Below, piece by piece: positions 13,093 to 25,401 of a DNA stretch of 64,000 nt. The stretch comes from Octopus sinensis (lineage: Eukaryota). Every line of letters begins with the position of its first letter. Within the stretch, counting starts at the first letter, position 1. The translations under genes and the position numbers were made by a program. The notes beneath the pieces were generated by a model. It was not told where the DNA came from and did no database searches. It saw only the letters and a program-made list of their open reading frames with translations. The stretch is from assembly GCF_006345805.1 (NCBI RefSeq), contig NC_043007.1, positions 62,001 to 126,000 on the forward strand, written 5' to 3'.

Positions 13093-13520
13093 TCATCATC
13101 ATCATTGTTCGACGATGGTCGAGACAATGGAATTTACTATGTTATGCCAGACTTCACGGTCCATCATAGCACTACGGAGGTTCCGTTGCTGGATGCCTGT
13201 ATCCCTGGAGATTACATCAGGGTAGGAAAGTGTGCGCCCTCTGGTATCGCGAGCAGATGGCTTCCAGAGGTGAAGAGTAGAAATTACCTCGTTTTCAGCT
13301 CTACAACAATGTCCAGCAAACTGGACTCTTCTACCTTTCACAAGAGATGATACAGGTGGTAGTTTCCCCATATATTTGTACTTTGGTTGGATGACGCTTC
13401 AACGAGAGATTTTGAGCTCTCATAAGGAGGCGAGTGTAAGTTCCATCCAACCACCTCTCAAGCTTCTTTGATAACGTCCAGGTTTCTGAGCCATATAGTA
13501 GAATTGGTTTCAGCTGTAAG
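13093..13520 (-). pseudogene. 5'-truncated RTE-X-like LINE 3' end
   Basis: PILLYGSETWTLSKKLERWLDGTYTRLLMRAQNL...YGKLPPVSSLVKGRRVQFAGHC...MMDREVWHNIV* followed by a (TGA)n tail. Confidence 0.85.
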
Positions 13521-14503
13521 AATTCAGTTATTCAATCAACTAAATTATCCGTTCGTTGAATTAGCGCACGAATTAGCTGTGCAGTCGTCAAACACGTGCA
13601 GTCTTAACGTGACACACTATGTGACAAGATTGAACCTCTTGATTCATAGCTTCCCCACTTTTTAATCTATCTTCTGTGCAGTTTCTGTTTATTATTATTC
13701 ACTCGAGAAGAATGGGTGAACACGAGGCAACAGAAAATAACATTTGCCCAAGATGACACGGCTTGGTTTATCGAACCCGGCTCTTCGTCGTTGCGAAGCA
13801 AACCTCCAAATTATTCCGTCACACTGTGCGGAATATTGCCTATAACAAAAATCCTAAACTTACCAAAACTTAAAATAACATTGTATCTTAATTAAAACAT
13901 TTATAACAGAGAAACTGTCTGAGTTACAAATCAGCAACGGCCGAACTTGACTGTTTGGGCAGAGTATAAATAATCACGTGTTCTTTGAAAACCAATTTCT
14001 GTATTTTTACTGTCAATTGTTTTTAAATAAAGACTGGCAAAAGAAACAAATTCAAGCACGGGTAGGTTGTTTCCTACCAGCAAATTAAAATAGTAAACGA
14101 GACAAGTATAGGTGATTTATAAAATCATTAGTGTTTGAACACACGTAATATGAAATGGTAAAATTATAGGATAATAATAAGCCATAAATACAAATAGGAA
14201 AAAATGATGGAATTAAATATCTTTGAAGTAATGCTTAAAACTTGACTTACCAATGACACGTTTGAAGTTTCTGAAATTTGAGAAGCTTTTGATATAAATC
14301 AAATCTATTTGAAAAGTAAATACGACTTAATCTAAATTTTTTTTCGTTCATTAAACATTGCTTAATACAACACAAATGTTATTTGCCAGCAACTCTAAAC
14401 TTAGTGATGCGGACTGTTACAGGATAATGACCGAAGAAAAGTCCCCAAGGGCACAGTCTGCATTAAACTTAACAGTAAAGGAGATGGTAACATACTTGGT
14501 CAT

Positions 14504-14669
14504 AGACACAAGGCCTGAAATATGAAGAAGTTGGGTCATCGATTAAGGATTCCGAACGGATGAAGGACAGAGTCAGCTTTGACAGCGTTTGAGCTCAGAA
14601 CATAAAGCCGGAGAAAATGCCACTAATCATTTTGTCTGGAATGCAAATAATTTTGGTAGCTCGCCGCCC
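14504..14669 (-). mobile_element. SINE family B, old diverged copy
   Basis: ACACAAGGCCTGAAA...GCGTTTGAGCTCAGAAC...AGCTCGCCGCC. Confidence 0.6.
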
Positions 14670-14715
14670 TTCTCTTGCCTATCAACAATTCCTTTAAAAT
14701 CAAAATATAACGTAG

Positions 14716-15560
14716 AGAAACGTTATTATTTCTAAATCTCTCAAAGAGAGATATTCAGTAACGGTTCTTTAAAGTAAAAACTATTTGCCAACATAGTGTG
14801 GCTGTTCTGGATAGGACGATTGTTACTGTTGTTTAACACCAGGAAGCATTGTTTCCAGCTGTCTATACGACGCAATATCTCTGTCTTTATATTTTCGAAA
14901 AGGGAGTCCGGGACTCCCATCCAGCACAAGACAACATCAGTGGACCGTTTTCTGGGTTATTGCGCTTTATCAACACATAGTAGCTGCATGGCTAGGTGGC
15001 GCTGCTGAACTCTGGTTCGGAAAATATATAGTTTTCAAAGTGACATATAGCCACTGGTCTAATAAATAGAAACATTATTATTTCTAAATTTCTCAAAGAG
15101 ACATATTAAAGTGACGGCTATTTGCCAACATAATGTGGCTGTCGTGGAAGGGACGATTGTTACTGCTATTTAACCCTAGGAAATACTGTTTCCAGCTGGT
15201 TATACGACACAATATCTGTACCCTTATATCTTCGAAAAGGGAGTCCAGCAACCCCAATCCAGCACAAAGCAAGATATGTGGACCGTTTTCTGGGTTATTG
15301 CTATTTATCAACCCAGAGTAGCTGGTTGGTTAGTTGGCGCTGCTGAACTGCAGTTCGAAAATATATACTTTTCAAAGTGGCACATAGTCACTGATCTAAT
15401 AAATATAAACATTATTATTTCTAAATCTCTCGAATAGAGATATTATAGTAAAAGCTATTTGCCAGCATAATGTGGCTGTCATGGAAGGGACGATTGTTAC
15501 TATTATTTAGCCCAAGAAACATTGTTTTCAGCTGGCTATAAGACACAATGACTGTGTCCT
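14716..15560 (-). repeat. Tandem array of ~2.4 units (~340-350 bp) of repeat family H
   Basis: Units begin AAAC(G/A)TTATTATTTCTAAAT at ~14716, ~15068 and ~15407; the same family occurs at 29812-30056 and 60325-60495. Confidence 0.85.
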
Positions 15561-15719
15561 TTTAATGTAATTCATTTTTAAAAATAATAATCAGTAATAT
15601 CATAGGGTTAGAATGGTTTCGAACGTAGGTACAAGGTAAGAAATTCCGTGAGAAGGGAACAGTCGACCAAATCGATCCCGGTTTCTGGTGCTCGACGTAA
15701 GGGCCTTTTGCAGTGGATA

Positions 15720-15905
15720 GACGGTGCGTTTGTTTCCAACAATCTCTTAACCAATGCTGGTTGTCCCTGTAATTTAGCGGTTCTGGAAAGAGACGGATAA
15801 AATACGTACTTAGCTTTAAAAAAGTAAGTCCCGAGTTCAATTTGCTCGACTAAATTCCTTCAAGGCTCTGGCGTGGCCGCAGTAAAATGACCGAAAGAAG
15901 AAAAA
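15720..15905 (+). mobile_element. SINE family A, diverged 3' portion
   Basis: GTCCCTGTAATTTAGCGGTTC...TTTGCTCGACTAA...GGCCGCAGTAAAATGACCGAAAG. Confidence 0.55.
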
Positions 15906-16034
15906 CATAACAGATAAAAGACAGCTGCACTGATGATAGTGGAAAAGATGTGACATTTCGGAATCAAATTCTTCATCGAGAAGACGAAGAAAAAAGTTGT
16001 ATGTTCTATTATCTGGGAGTAGAGTCAGTAATAC

Positions 16035-16335
16035 GTTCTATATTTAAGAGATGAGGAATTATTTACATTATTTACATTATTTACATTTGACGGATATTGT
16101 CCTCATCTTCTTTGTGGTTAACAGAACGTTTTGGCTGATATACCCTCCAGCATTCATCAGGTGTCTTGGGGAACTTTCAATCCTGGGTTCTCATAAAAAA
16201 CGAGCTAGTTTTTGATGGAGTTTCTCTATGTTTTCATTGATGTCTAACAACAAACAAGATGAGGACAAATATCCGTCAAATGTAAATAATGTAAATAATG
16301 TACTTAATTCCTCATCTCTTAAATATAGAACTGTA
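16035..16335. mobile_element. Family E (hammerhead-bearing short element): minus copy plus inverted plus-strand tail
   Basis: 16035-16230 is the minus copy; 16245-16335 is its reverse-complement tail (GATGAGGACAAATATCCGTCAAATGTAAATAATG...). Confidence 0.8.
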
Positions 16336-16404
16336 TTATCTAATCGGTACGGAACCGACATTAGACTTCAATGGAGACATATTCTTTTAATCTTTACTCT
16401 TTTA

Positions 16405-16609
16405 TTTGTTTCAGTCATGTGACTGTGGCCATGCTGGAGCACCGCCATAAGTCGAGCAAATCGACCCCAGAACTTATTCTTTGTAAGCCTAGTACTTATT
16501 CTATCGGTCTCTTTACCGAACCGCTACGTTAGGGGGGGGGGGGCGCAAACACACCAGCATTGGTTGTCAAGCGATGTTGGGGGAACAAAACACAGAACAC
16601 ACACACACA

Positions 16610-16640
<31 letters not shown>

Positions 16641-16808
16641 ATATACGACGGGCTTCTTTCAGTTTCCGTCTACCAAATCCACTCACAAGGCTTTGGTCGG
16701 CCCGAGGCTATAGTAGAAGATATTTGCCCAAGATGCCACGCATTGGGACTGAACCCGGAACCATGTGGTTGGTAAGCAAGCTACTTACCACACAGCCACT
16801 CCTACGCC
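16405..16808 (-). mobile_element. SINE family A, full length
   Basis: Complete head, body and tail (TTTCAGTCATGTGACTGTGGCCATGCTGGAGCACCGCC). Confidence 0.9.
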
Positions 16809-16962
16809 TATATAGAGAAATTCCATAAAAAACTAGCTCGTCTGTAATGAGAAGCAAGGTTCGAAATTTTCCCCCAAGACACCTGCTGAATGCTGGAGGG
16901 TATATCAGCCGAAACGTTGGGTTAACAAGAAGAGGACAAATGTAAATAATGTAAATAATGTA
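16808..16962 (+). mobile_element. Family E copy with decayed hammerhead
   Basis: GACAC-CTGCTGA-A-TGCTG..CAGCC-GAAA-CGTT-GGGTT at 16878-16923; inverted repeat of ~16060-16230. Confidence 0.8.
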
Positions 16963-16992
16963 GAGTAAGTATTTTTTCTCATTTGTACCTCC

Positions 16993-17033
<41 letters not shown>

Positions 17034-17721
17034 TTCTCAGCATCCATGTTTATTTTAAGTATATATTTCATTATTGTCTACTAGTTGCTGAAGCGCACCC
17101 ACTCAGTTGCCTCCAGATTTTAAATTTTACATTAGTAATAACTGTATTACTGGAGGTAGATGATACCTTTATAGCAACAGGATTTGAATCCTCAACAGTT
17201 AGTCATCTAGTCTGATGTATTTACTACGAAACAATTTCGATCGTAGTATTATAGCATGATTCATCTTCATACAATGGTATATAACAAAAGAATAACTGGT
17301 ACGGCTTCCCTGAAATTAACACACACTTGTGCTAAATAAATTGAATCTCTACAAGCGTTATCAAGTAAATTTAGAACTGCGCACACACATACGCATCCAT
17401 GTTCGCTCACACGAACATACGCCATCTCATACTAGCAAATACCAACGCAGATATATCAATGTTATATCAGTTCATTTATATTATGCTTCATATCAACACG
17501 TCTAAGAATCACACTTGAATTTAAGAAAACAGTTTCCTTTCAGAAGAAATCATTGAGATAGTATTCTGTCAGTGTGTATATTTAACGTTGTTGAATACAA
17601 TTAAGATAGGAAGGAAGGAAAAATAAGAAGACTAATAATGCTTATTGGAAGTTTAGATATTATCAATGGATTTAACTGGTGGGGGTCATTTTTGGATTTC
17701 GATTTTCTTTTATTTGTTTTA

Positions 17722-18152
17722 TTTGTTTCAGTCATTTGGCTGTGGCCCTGTTGGAGCACCGTTTTTTAGTCGAACAAATCGACCCTAAGGATTATTCTTT
17801 GTAAGCCTAGTAAGTACTTATTCTATCGGTCACCTTTGCCGGACCGCTACGTAACGGGGACGTAAACACACCTACATCGGTTGCCAAGCAATGGTGGGGG
17901 CAGGGACAAACACAGACGCATAGACATATACACACACATACATACATACACACACACACACACATACACATATATACATATATATATATGTATATATGCG
18001 ACGGGCTTCTTTCAGTTTCTGTCTACCAAATCCACTCACAAGGCTTTGGTCGGTCCATGGCTATAGTAGGAGACACTTGCCCAAGGTGCCACGTAGTGGG
18101 ACTGAACACGGAACCATGTGGTTGGTAAGCAAACTACTTACCACACAGCCAC
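17722..18152 (-). mobile_element. SINE family A, full length
   Basis: Colinear with 16405-16808. Confidence 0.9.
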
Positions 18153-18234
18153 GACTATGACTCATTGAAACAGTGACAGTATGTGTTTGTGTATATATGG
18201 ATGTAGAAATATGATAAAAAAAAGACTGCTACAA

Positions 18235-18605
18235 GCATGGTTATGTGGTTTCTGAGGTCACTTTGCAACAATGTGATCTCAGGTTCAGTTCCAATGCGCG
18301 ACACCTACAGTAAGGGACCTCTACTATAGCCGACTAATGAATTTCGAGTAAATTTGTTAGGAGAAAACTTCGCGGAAGCCCATCATAAATATATGTATGT
18401 GCATGTATCTTTGTACTTGTGTTTGTCTCCCATTGGCGTGTGACAAACGGTGTTGGTTTGTTTCTCTCTGTGTAATAAGCTTTTCGGCGAAATGGACCAA
18501 TAAAATAGCGCCGTACTTTAGAATCAAACAAGTAGTAGAGTCGATTTGTTCCACAAGGCATTGCTCCAGCATAGCCATAGTCTGATGACTGGAGCAAATA
18601 AGAAT
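18235..18605 (+). mobile_element. SINE family A, old diverged copy
   Basis: Degenerate head GGTTCAGTTCCAATGCGCGACACC and tail GTCGATTTGTT...GCTCCAGCATAGCCATAGTC. Confidence 0.65.
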
Positions 18606-18886
18606 ATAAGAAGAGCAGCACACACACACACACTCACACTCACACACACTCGTACACAAACTCTTACGCACGTACACACCTCTGTGCGCTTGTGTGCGAC
18701 GAAAATCTATGCTCAAGGAAAGGGCTTAACGTGTGGATACATGCACGTGAATGTATTTGCGATTAGTGGTATGAGCCTGGACAATATGTCTGTGAGCGAG
18801 TGGGTGGATTTGTAAAGATACCATCCTATGCAGTGATGTGTAGAACCAATGAGCGAAATGATATGGTGTATCGACATACAAACATA

Positions 18887-18920
<34 letters not shown>

Positions 18921-18970
18921 ATATATATATATATATATTGTAAACATATATATATATATATATATATATA

Positions 18971-19017
<47 letters not shown>

Positions 19018-19201
19018 TACATACACACAACACCACACACACATTATATATATTATATACACACACAACAGTTCGCTCTTGAAGAATTGGTTTGATGGTT
19101 TTGATTTCTTTATAATTTTCAACAGCCTTAGGATAAAGTAATTAATAGCATTTATCTATGAATTCTATTAATTCCCAAGTATACAAGCATACATACATGC
19201 A

Positions 19202-19301
19202 NNNNNNNNNNNNNNNNNNNNNNNNNNNNNNNNNNNNNNNNNNNNNNNNNNNNNNNNNNNNNNNNNNNNNNNNNNNNNNNNNNNNNNNNNNNNNNNNNNN
19301 N
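19202..19301. other. Assembly gap (100 N)
   Basis: Run of N. Confidence 1.
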
Positions 19302-19311
19302 ACTTATATAT

Positions 19312-19350
<39 letters not shown>

Positions 19351-20159
19351 AGTATAATGTTATGATATATACTATATGCATAATATATATGTATAATATA
19401 TGTAAATATAATATATATTATATATGTATATGTATGTATTTATATATATTTATATAGATACATATGTATGTATATATATATATATATATATGCATATATA
19501 TATGTGCGTGTGTGTGTGAGTATAATGTTTAGATATCACTGTGTATTTTTATCTGTATTTGTTTTTTATATATGTACTATGTATTGCATGTACTACGCAA
19601 AAATTGTGCACGCGCAAATCTGTGTGTGTGTCTGGGTGGTAGTGCGAAATCTTTGATATTTGTGAATATTTTCTGAAACAAAAACTTTAAACTAAATCAT
19701 TAATTTTTTTTATATATTTGTTATTTTCCATTGCCGTCTCTAGGAATTTTATATCTTGTATTATTTATTATACAAAACCATTAAAAGATGCTTTCTGAAA
19801 ATTGCCTCACCTCTATCGAACGTTTAAAGTATTGACCCTAGTGATTCAGGTATGTCAGAATTACACGAACAGCTGTAGCCATAACCTGTGTGAAAGGTCC
19901 ACCAGAGCAAGCCGGGATTCTTAAATTAAAATAAAAAATAATAAGTGAAAAGAAAGCAATGCACAGTTGCTTGATTTTTTGAGAGTCTATTTTGAAGTCT
20001 GAAGAAATCTTGTTCTGCAGAACGAAAATTCTCTCAGAGAGAAACTGGCTCTATCTATCGAAATTGGTTGCTTGCGGCATTGGAAATAAACCCAACTCAC
20101 GCGGGACCCTCTATGTAGTTTCTTTATTTGATGCGTTACAACCTCAAATTAAAGCATGG

Positions 20160-20481
20160 CCCCTCCGTCGATTATCACGACGGATGTTCCATCTGATTCG
20201 ATTAACCGAGCGGCCTGCTAGTGAACTAAACATGCAAGTGGCTGAGCACTCAACAGATTGGCGTATCCATTGCCTAATTCTCAAGGAGATTCGTCATGAT
20301 ACAGAATGTGACAAGGCTAGCTATTTGAACTACACGTGCAACCCATTTTTGCATGCAAAGTGGACTGAAGTAGTGGGCAAAAGAATATCTTCCTTGGGGA
20401 CAAAACGCATCACTGGAAATCGAACTCATGACCTTACGATCGTGAATCGAATACCGAAACCATTGAGTCGCGCATCTTTAC
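20160..20481 (-). mobile_element. tRNA-derived SINE with CORE-like domain, diverged
   Basis: CAAAGTGGACTGAAG...CTTCCTTGGGGACAAAACGC...AATCGAACTCATGACCTTACGATCGTG, homologous to the 22850-22974 segment but with a different tail. Confidence 0.6.
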
Positions 20482-20511
20482 TAACATATATAAGCATACA
20501 GTCAGAAATAA

Positions 20512-20743
20512 GGCGGCGAGCTGGCAGAAGCGTTAGCACGCCGGGCGAAATGCTTAGCGGTATTTCGTCTGTCGTTACGTTCTGAGTTCAAATTCCGCCG
20601 AGGTCGACTTTGCCTTTCATCCTTTCGGGGTCGATAAATATAGTACCAGTTTCGCACTGGCGTCGATGTAATCGACTTAATCCGTTTGTCTGTCCTTGTT
20701 TGTCCCCTCTATGTTTAGCCCCTTGTGGGCAATAAAGAAATAC
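20512..20743 (+). mobile_element. SINE family B monomer with 21-bp TSD
   Basis: TSD ATATAAGCATACAGTCAGAAA at 20488-20508 and 20744-20764. Confidence 0.92.
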
Positions 20744-20992
20744 ATATAAGCATACAGTCAGAAAGAACAACACCTCTGATAATATAATCTGGGCGGATAA
20801 TGCTGAATCACAGGAGAAAGTTCAGATCACCTGACCCTTAAAATTTTTCAGGGTCACCAACGCTGGTCATTGGTGGAATTATAAAGGTGTCTTCCGATAA
20901 GAGACCTGTCTCGAATGCTTGCGATGCTGAAGGTAGCCAAGTGGCAGCTGGTGGTGGTGGGAAAACGGATGATAATGCTATACATAGAGATA

Positions 20993-21222
20993 GAGGCAAG
21001 CTGGCAGACTCATTAGCACACCGGGCAAAATGCGTAGCAGTATTTCGTCTGCCGCTACGTTCTGATTTCAAATTCCGCCGAGGTCGACTTTGCCTTTCAT
21101 CCTTTCGGGGTCGATTAAATAAGTACCAGTTACGCACTGGGGTCGATATAATCGACTTAATCCGTTTGTCTGTCCTTGTTTGTCCCCTCTGTGTTTAGCC
21201 CCTTCAGGGTAGTAAAGAAATA
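20993..21222 (+). mobile_element. SINE family B monomer
   Basis: Colinear with 20512-20743. Confidence 0.9.
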
Positions 21223-21317
21223 TAGACATAGAGTTAAGACTGGTTATAGCTGGTGTGACTTTGATCAGCGGTCTGTTCGATGACGGCCGACGTTGAAACT
21301 ACAGAGCAACAACAACA

Positions 21318-21722
21318 GTGGAGGCGTAATGGCCCAGTGGTTAGGGCAGAGGCCTCGCGGTCAAAGGATCGCGGTTTCGATTCCCAGACCGGGCGTTGTG
21401 TGTGTTTATTGAGCGAAAACACCTAGAGCTCCACGAGGCTCCGGCAGGGGGTGGTAGTGACCCCTGTTGCACTCTTTCATCCCAACTTTCTCTCACTCTT
21501 TCTTCCTGTTTCTTGTCCCCGACTTCCTACGCAACCGCTGAGCCTGGATGCGCATTCATCCATCCGTCGATGATTTCGGTGTCGGGGATTGACCTGCTTT
21601 CTCTTCTGCGGGTCTTACGAATAGCAAAGGACCACGTTTCGGACTTCTCCTGAGGCGCGATCTTGCGAGCTCTGGGGCGAAGACCCCTTCGCTCAACAAA
21701 CAAACAAACAAACAAACAAACA
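21318..21722 (+). mobile_element. SINE family C with alternative 3' tail and (ACAA)n end
   Basis: Head and middle match 228-400, then the sequence diverges. Confidence 0.8.
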
Positions 21723-22615
21723 CACAAGCAGCAACAACAACAAATACGACAGCAAAAAGGGCTCGAGGATATTTGACACTTTCTCCATAAAGTTTACATT
21801 CAACGGTCAATCTTTAAAATATATCATTTATGGTGTCACAATACACTGATTCTTCATAAATCTGTGCAGTAATTAACTGATATGACAATCTGATTAATAC
21901 AAACGTCAATCGGAATTCACCAAAACTGAAAAATTTGATTACCGAAACCTCCAAGTAGTTTTTCGGATTGTTATTACTGTGCTGTTGTTTTTGCTTTTGT
22001 TCTGTTTTCTTATTTTTACTATTCGCCCCACCCCGCCTTGGCCGCACATTTTTATGACAAATGATGGTTTCAGTCACATACTCACGAAGGTTCTGTCTCT
22101 TTATGCATAGTAGGGACCACATTATCCGCTGCAACCTTATCCCTCTCATTAAGAAGTTATTATAGTGTCACAGGAGGGTCGTTTAACTGCCACTTCTAGC
22201 AAATTGTCTGATCGCATAGAGTCTATGCGTCCTTTAAGTGGGTGCTACCGCCCTCTGGTGGGCATTGAGACGGTCCAGGTGGGAGCTGGTGGTGTGGGGT
22301 AGAGAAAAAGTAGGTGTTGGGGGAAGGCATTGGATTGGGGGACACTATGAATTTATTATAATATTATTATAGTATTGTATTATTATAGTTTGGTTCAACC
22401 TCCTTAAACAACCCTTATTCAGGGACCGTTCTAACTTGGCCCCACCTGCAAGGTCATACACTTTTTTCTTGATATGAGATGAGCATGTTGTGCACATACC
22501 ATTTTGATGCATGTGTCTGGTGTACACTTATCAGACGGGTAGTCATGATGGGTATATTGGGCTTCGTATATTTTACCCCAGTGTCACTTTGATGGCATGC
22601 ACTTATCTCTCATTC

Positions 22616-22647
<32 letters not shown>

Positions 22648-22654
22648 TAATAAT

Positions 22655-22974
22655 TATGACCCCACTTCGGTCATGACTGCACCTAGAAAGTTACCCTCCC
22701 AGGCACAAGTCCGGGCAAGGTTGTTTATGGAAGACCAGCAGTCGCCCATGCATACCGGCCTCCCCTCTCCACGCTACCAGTGTTATCCAAAGGAAAGGGA
22801 AAGGGGCAGATACAGCTTGGCACCTGTGACGTCGCAACTCATTTCTACAGCTGAGTGAACTGGAAAAACATGAAATAAAGTGTCTTGCTCAAGAACACAA
22901 CACGCAGCCCGGTCCGGGATTCAAACTCACGATCGTAAGCTCGTCGCTCTAACCACTGAGCCATGCGCCTTCAC
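22655..22974 (-). mobile_element. tRNA-derived SINE with CORE-like domain, inserted in (AAT)n
   Basis: CAGCTGAGTGAACTGG...AAATAAAGTGTCTTGCTCAAGAACAC (CORE-like); head reverse complement GTGAAGGCGCATGGCTCAGTGGTTAGAGCG. Confidence 0.75.
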
Positions 22975-22992
22975 TAATAATAATTCGCCTTC

Positions 22993-23086
<94 letters not shown>

Positions 23087-23279
23087 TTCTACTATAAGCA
23101 CAAGGCCTGAAATTTGGGGGGGGGTTAATTCAATTACATCTCCCCAGTACTCAACTGGTACTTATTTTATCGACCCCAAAAAGGATGAAAAACAAAGCGA
23201 CCTCGGTGGAATTTGAACTCAGAGCGAAACACCGCTAAATATTTTATCTAGTGCGCTAACGATTTTGCCTGCTCACCGC
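23087..23279 (-). mobile_element. SINE family B, tail type B1
   Basis: Meta-like core plus GGCCTTGTGCTTATAGTAGAA tail on the minus strand. Confidence 0.8.
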
Positions 23280-23667
23280 ATTTTAATATCTTAATAATAA
23301 CGTTAAAATTTTTTCGACGATGATTACGTTGATGGTGATAATTATAAATGTATCGATCATGGAAGCCTTAAAATATTTAACGTATATTTGTTGTCTACCA
23401 ATTAACGATAAATTAATGAGATCAGCGTAGACATTGAAAAGTCTAAGAACAAACCTAATTAATATGCTTGCTACCATTTTCGATTTTTATCGGTTAAACA
23501 TTTTGTTTCTGGACTCTGTTTTTCTTAATTAATTTATATTTCTTCCTCATTATATCTATTTTCACATACGTGTAGACACACATACAATCGTATATACACT
23601 CATAAACACATGCACACAAACACACACACAGACACACGCATTCACACAGAGATGTATATATATAGTT

Positions 23668-23870
23668 GGAAATTCCAAAAATTAAGAAGAAACAAAGACG
23701 TAGACGGGTGTGTAAACAACAAACACGTATATTAGTTTAACGCTCGGGAAGTGAGAAAGTCTTTTACGTTTCGAGCCTATGCTCTTCGACAGAAAGGAAC
23801 GCAGAAAAAAAACAGAGAGAGAAAATAAAAGAAAAAGGTTTTGTGGCTAGCGATCTATCATGGCGAATGG
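23668..23870 (-). mobile_element. Family F copy
   Basis: Similar to 4550-4810; followed by (TA)n and the mariner insertion. Confidence 0.7.
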
Positions 23871-23899
23871 ATATATATATATATATATATATATATGTC

Positions 23900-25159
23900 T
23901 TGGATTGTGCTGGAAGTTCGTGCCGATGTATAGTAGCTTACCGTTCGACTTATTTTAGGACATGGTTGAGTCCATAAAATAGGATTGGGCATTTAAAGCA
24001 CAGTTTAAGCTATCTCTTCGTGGAAGAAGGTTTATGTTCCTATAACCTGTGTTAATTCTGTAACCCTTTAGAAAGGAAGATAAGAATGTTCATTTTCGGC
24101 ACTTGATGCTTTTCTTTTTCCGTAAAGGGGAAAATGCCTCACAAGCAACCAAAGAAATATGCGCAGTTTACGGTGATGTTTCTTTATCCGAAACAACTGT
24201 ACGGAAATGGTTCGCAAGGTTCCGAGCTGGGGATTGTAGCCTTATTGATAAAGAGCGATCTGGTGCATCATCCACTACAGATGATGACCAAATCAAGTCA
24301 TTAATTGAGAATAATCTACATTGCACAACCCGAGAATTGGCAGAAAGCCTCAACCTATCAAAATGCGTCGTTCATGAGCACCTGGTAAAGCTTGGGTGCA
24401 CAAATCGCTACGATGTTTGAGTGTCACATGAGTTGAGTGAGAAGAACCTTTTGGGTCGCATTTCCATCTGTGATTCGCTTTATAAACGGAATGAAAACGT
24501 GTCCTTTTTAAAGGAAATTGTGACAGATGATGAGAAATGGATTATGTACCGAAATGTTTAGAGAAAGAGATCCTGGAGTAAGCGATATGAGCCACCCTTA
24601 GCCACCCCAAACGCAGGTCTTCACCCTAAAATAGTCTTGCTTTGTGTTTGGTGGGATTGGAAGGGATTCTGTACTATGATATTCTCCCAAGTAACTAGAC
24701 AATTAATTCTGAGAATTACTGAACACAACTGAACAATTCAAGAGAAACGTCCAGAATTGGCCAACAGGAAGGGTGTTGTTTTCCAACATGATAATGCAAG
24801 ACCGCACGTTTCTTTGGGAAACAGACAAAAATTGCTGCAGATCGGCTGAGATGTGTTACCCCACCCTCCATATTCATCAGATATTGCTCCTTCGGATTTC
24901 CACTTATTCAGGTCTCTGCAGAATACTTTTAATTGTAAAAATTTCAATTCCTTGGATGACGTAAAAAGATACTTTGATGAATTATTTGCCATAAAACCAC
25001 CTCAACTCTGGGAAGAAGGTATTTTCAAGCTAAAGGAAAGATGGAAACGCATTGTGCAACAAAAGGGTTCATATTTGGTTGATTAAAAATGTAATGGCAA
25101 GTATTTATTGACCTTTTTCTTTCTTTTAAAAATCGGCACGAACTTTTCGGACAACCCAA
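23900..25159 (+). mobile_element. Full-length (1260 bp) mariner element, DD34D, mellifera-subfamily-like
   Basis: Imperfect ~28-bp TIRs at 23900-23927 and 25132-25159, with TA at the 3' end. Confidence 0.95.
24073..25086 (+). pseudogene. Mariner transposase pseudogene
   Basis: ATG mutated to AAG; HFRHLMLFFFRKGENASQA, *VSHEL (cf. WVPHEL), TDDEKW, HDNARPH, HPPYSSDIAPSDF. 34 residues separate the second and third Asp; several stops and frameshifts. Confidence 0.95.
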
Positions 25160-25186
25160 TATTTTGTTTACTTGCTGCGAGGCCAA

Positions 25187-25401
25187 GGCGGCGAGCTGGC
25201 AGAAACGTTAGCGCGTAGGGCGAAATGCTTAGCGATATTTCGTCTGTCTTTATGTTCTGAGTTCAAATTCCACCGAGGTCGACTTTACCTTTCATCCTTT
25301 CGGGGTCGATAAATAAAGTACCATTTGCGTACTGGGGTCGATTTAATCGACTGTCCTGCCTCCCCAAACATTTCAGACCTTGTGCCTAGAGTAGAAAAGA
25401 A
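25187..25401 (+). mobile_element. SINE family B, tail type B1
   Basis: GGCGGCGAGCTGGCAGAAACGTTAGC head; tail CCTTGTGCCTAGAGTAGAAAAGAAT. Confidence 0.9.

Noticed and set aside
15325-15365. CTGCTGA-ACTGCAGTTC-GAAA in family H
   Set aside because: The core has C at position 6, the stem consumes core nucleotides, and there is no GUH or stem I.
19202-19301. Round 100-N run
   Set aside because: Scaffolding placeholder; the distance across it is unknown and it is not biological.
19992-20585. 197-aa ORF, the longest non-microsatellite ORF
   Set aside because: It runs antisense through a CORE-like SINE and into a SINE B head, with no domain motif.
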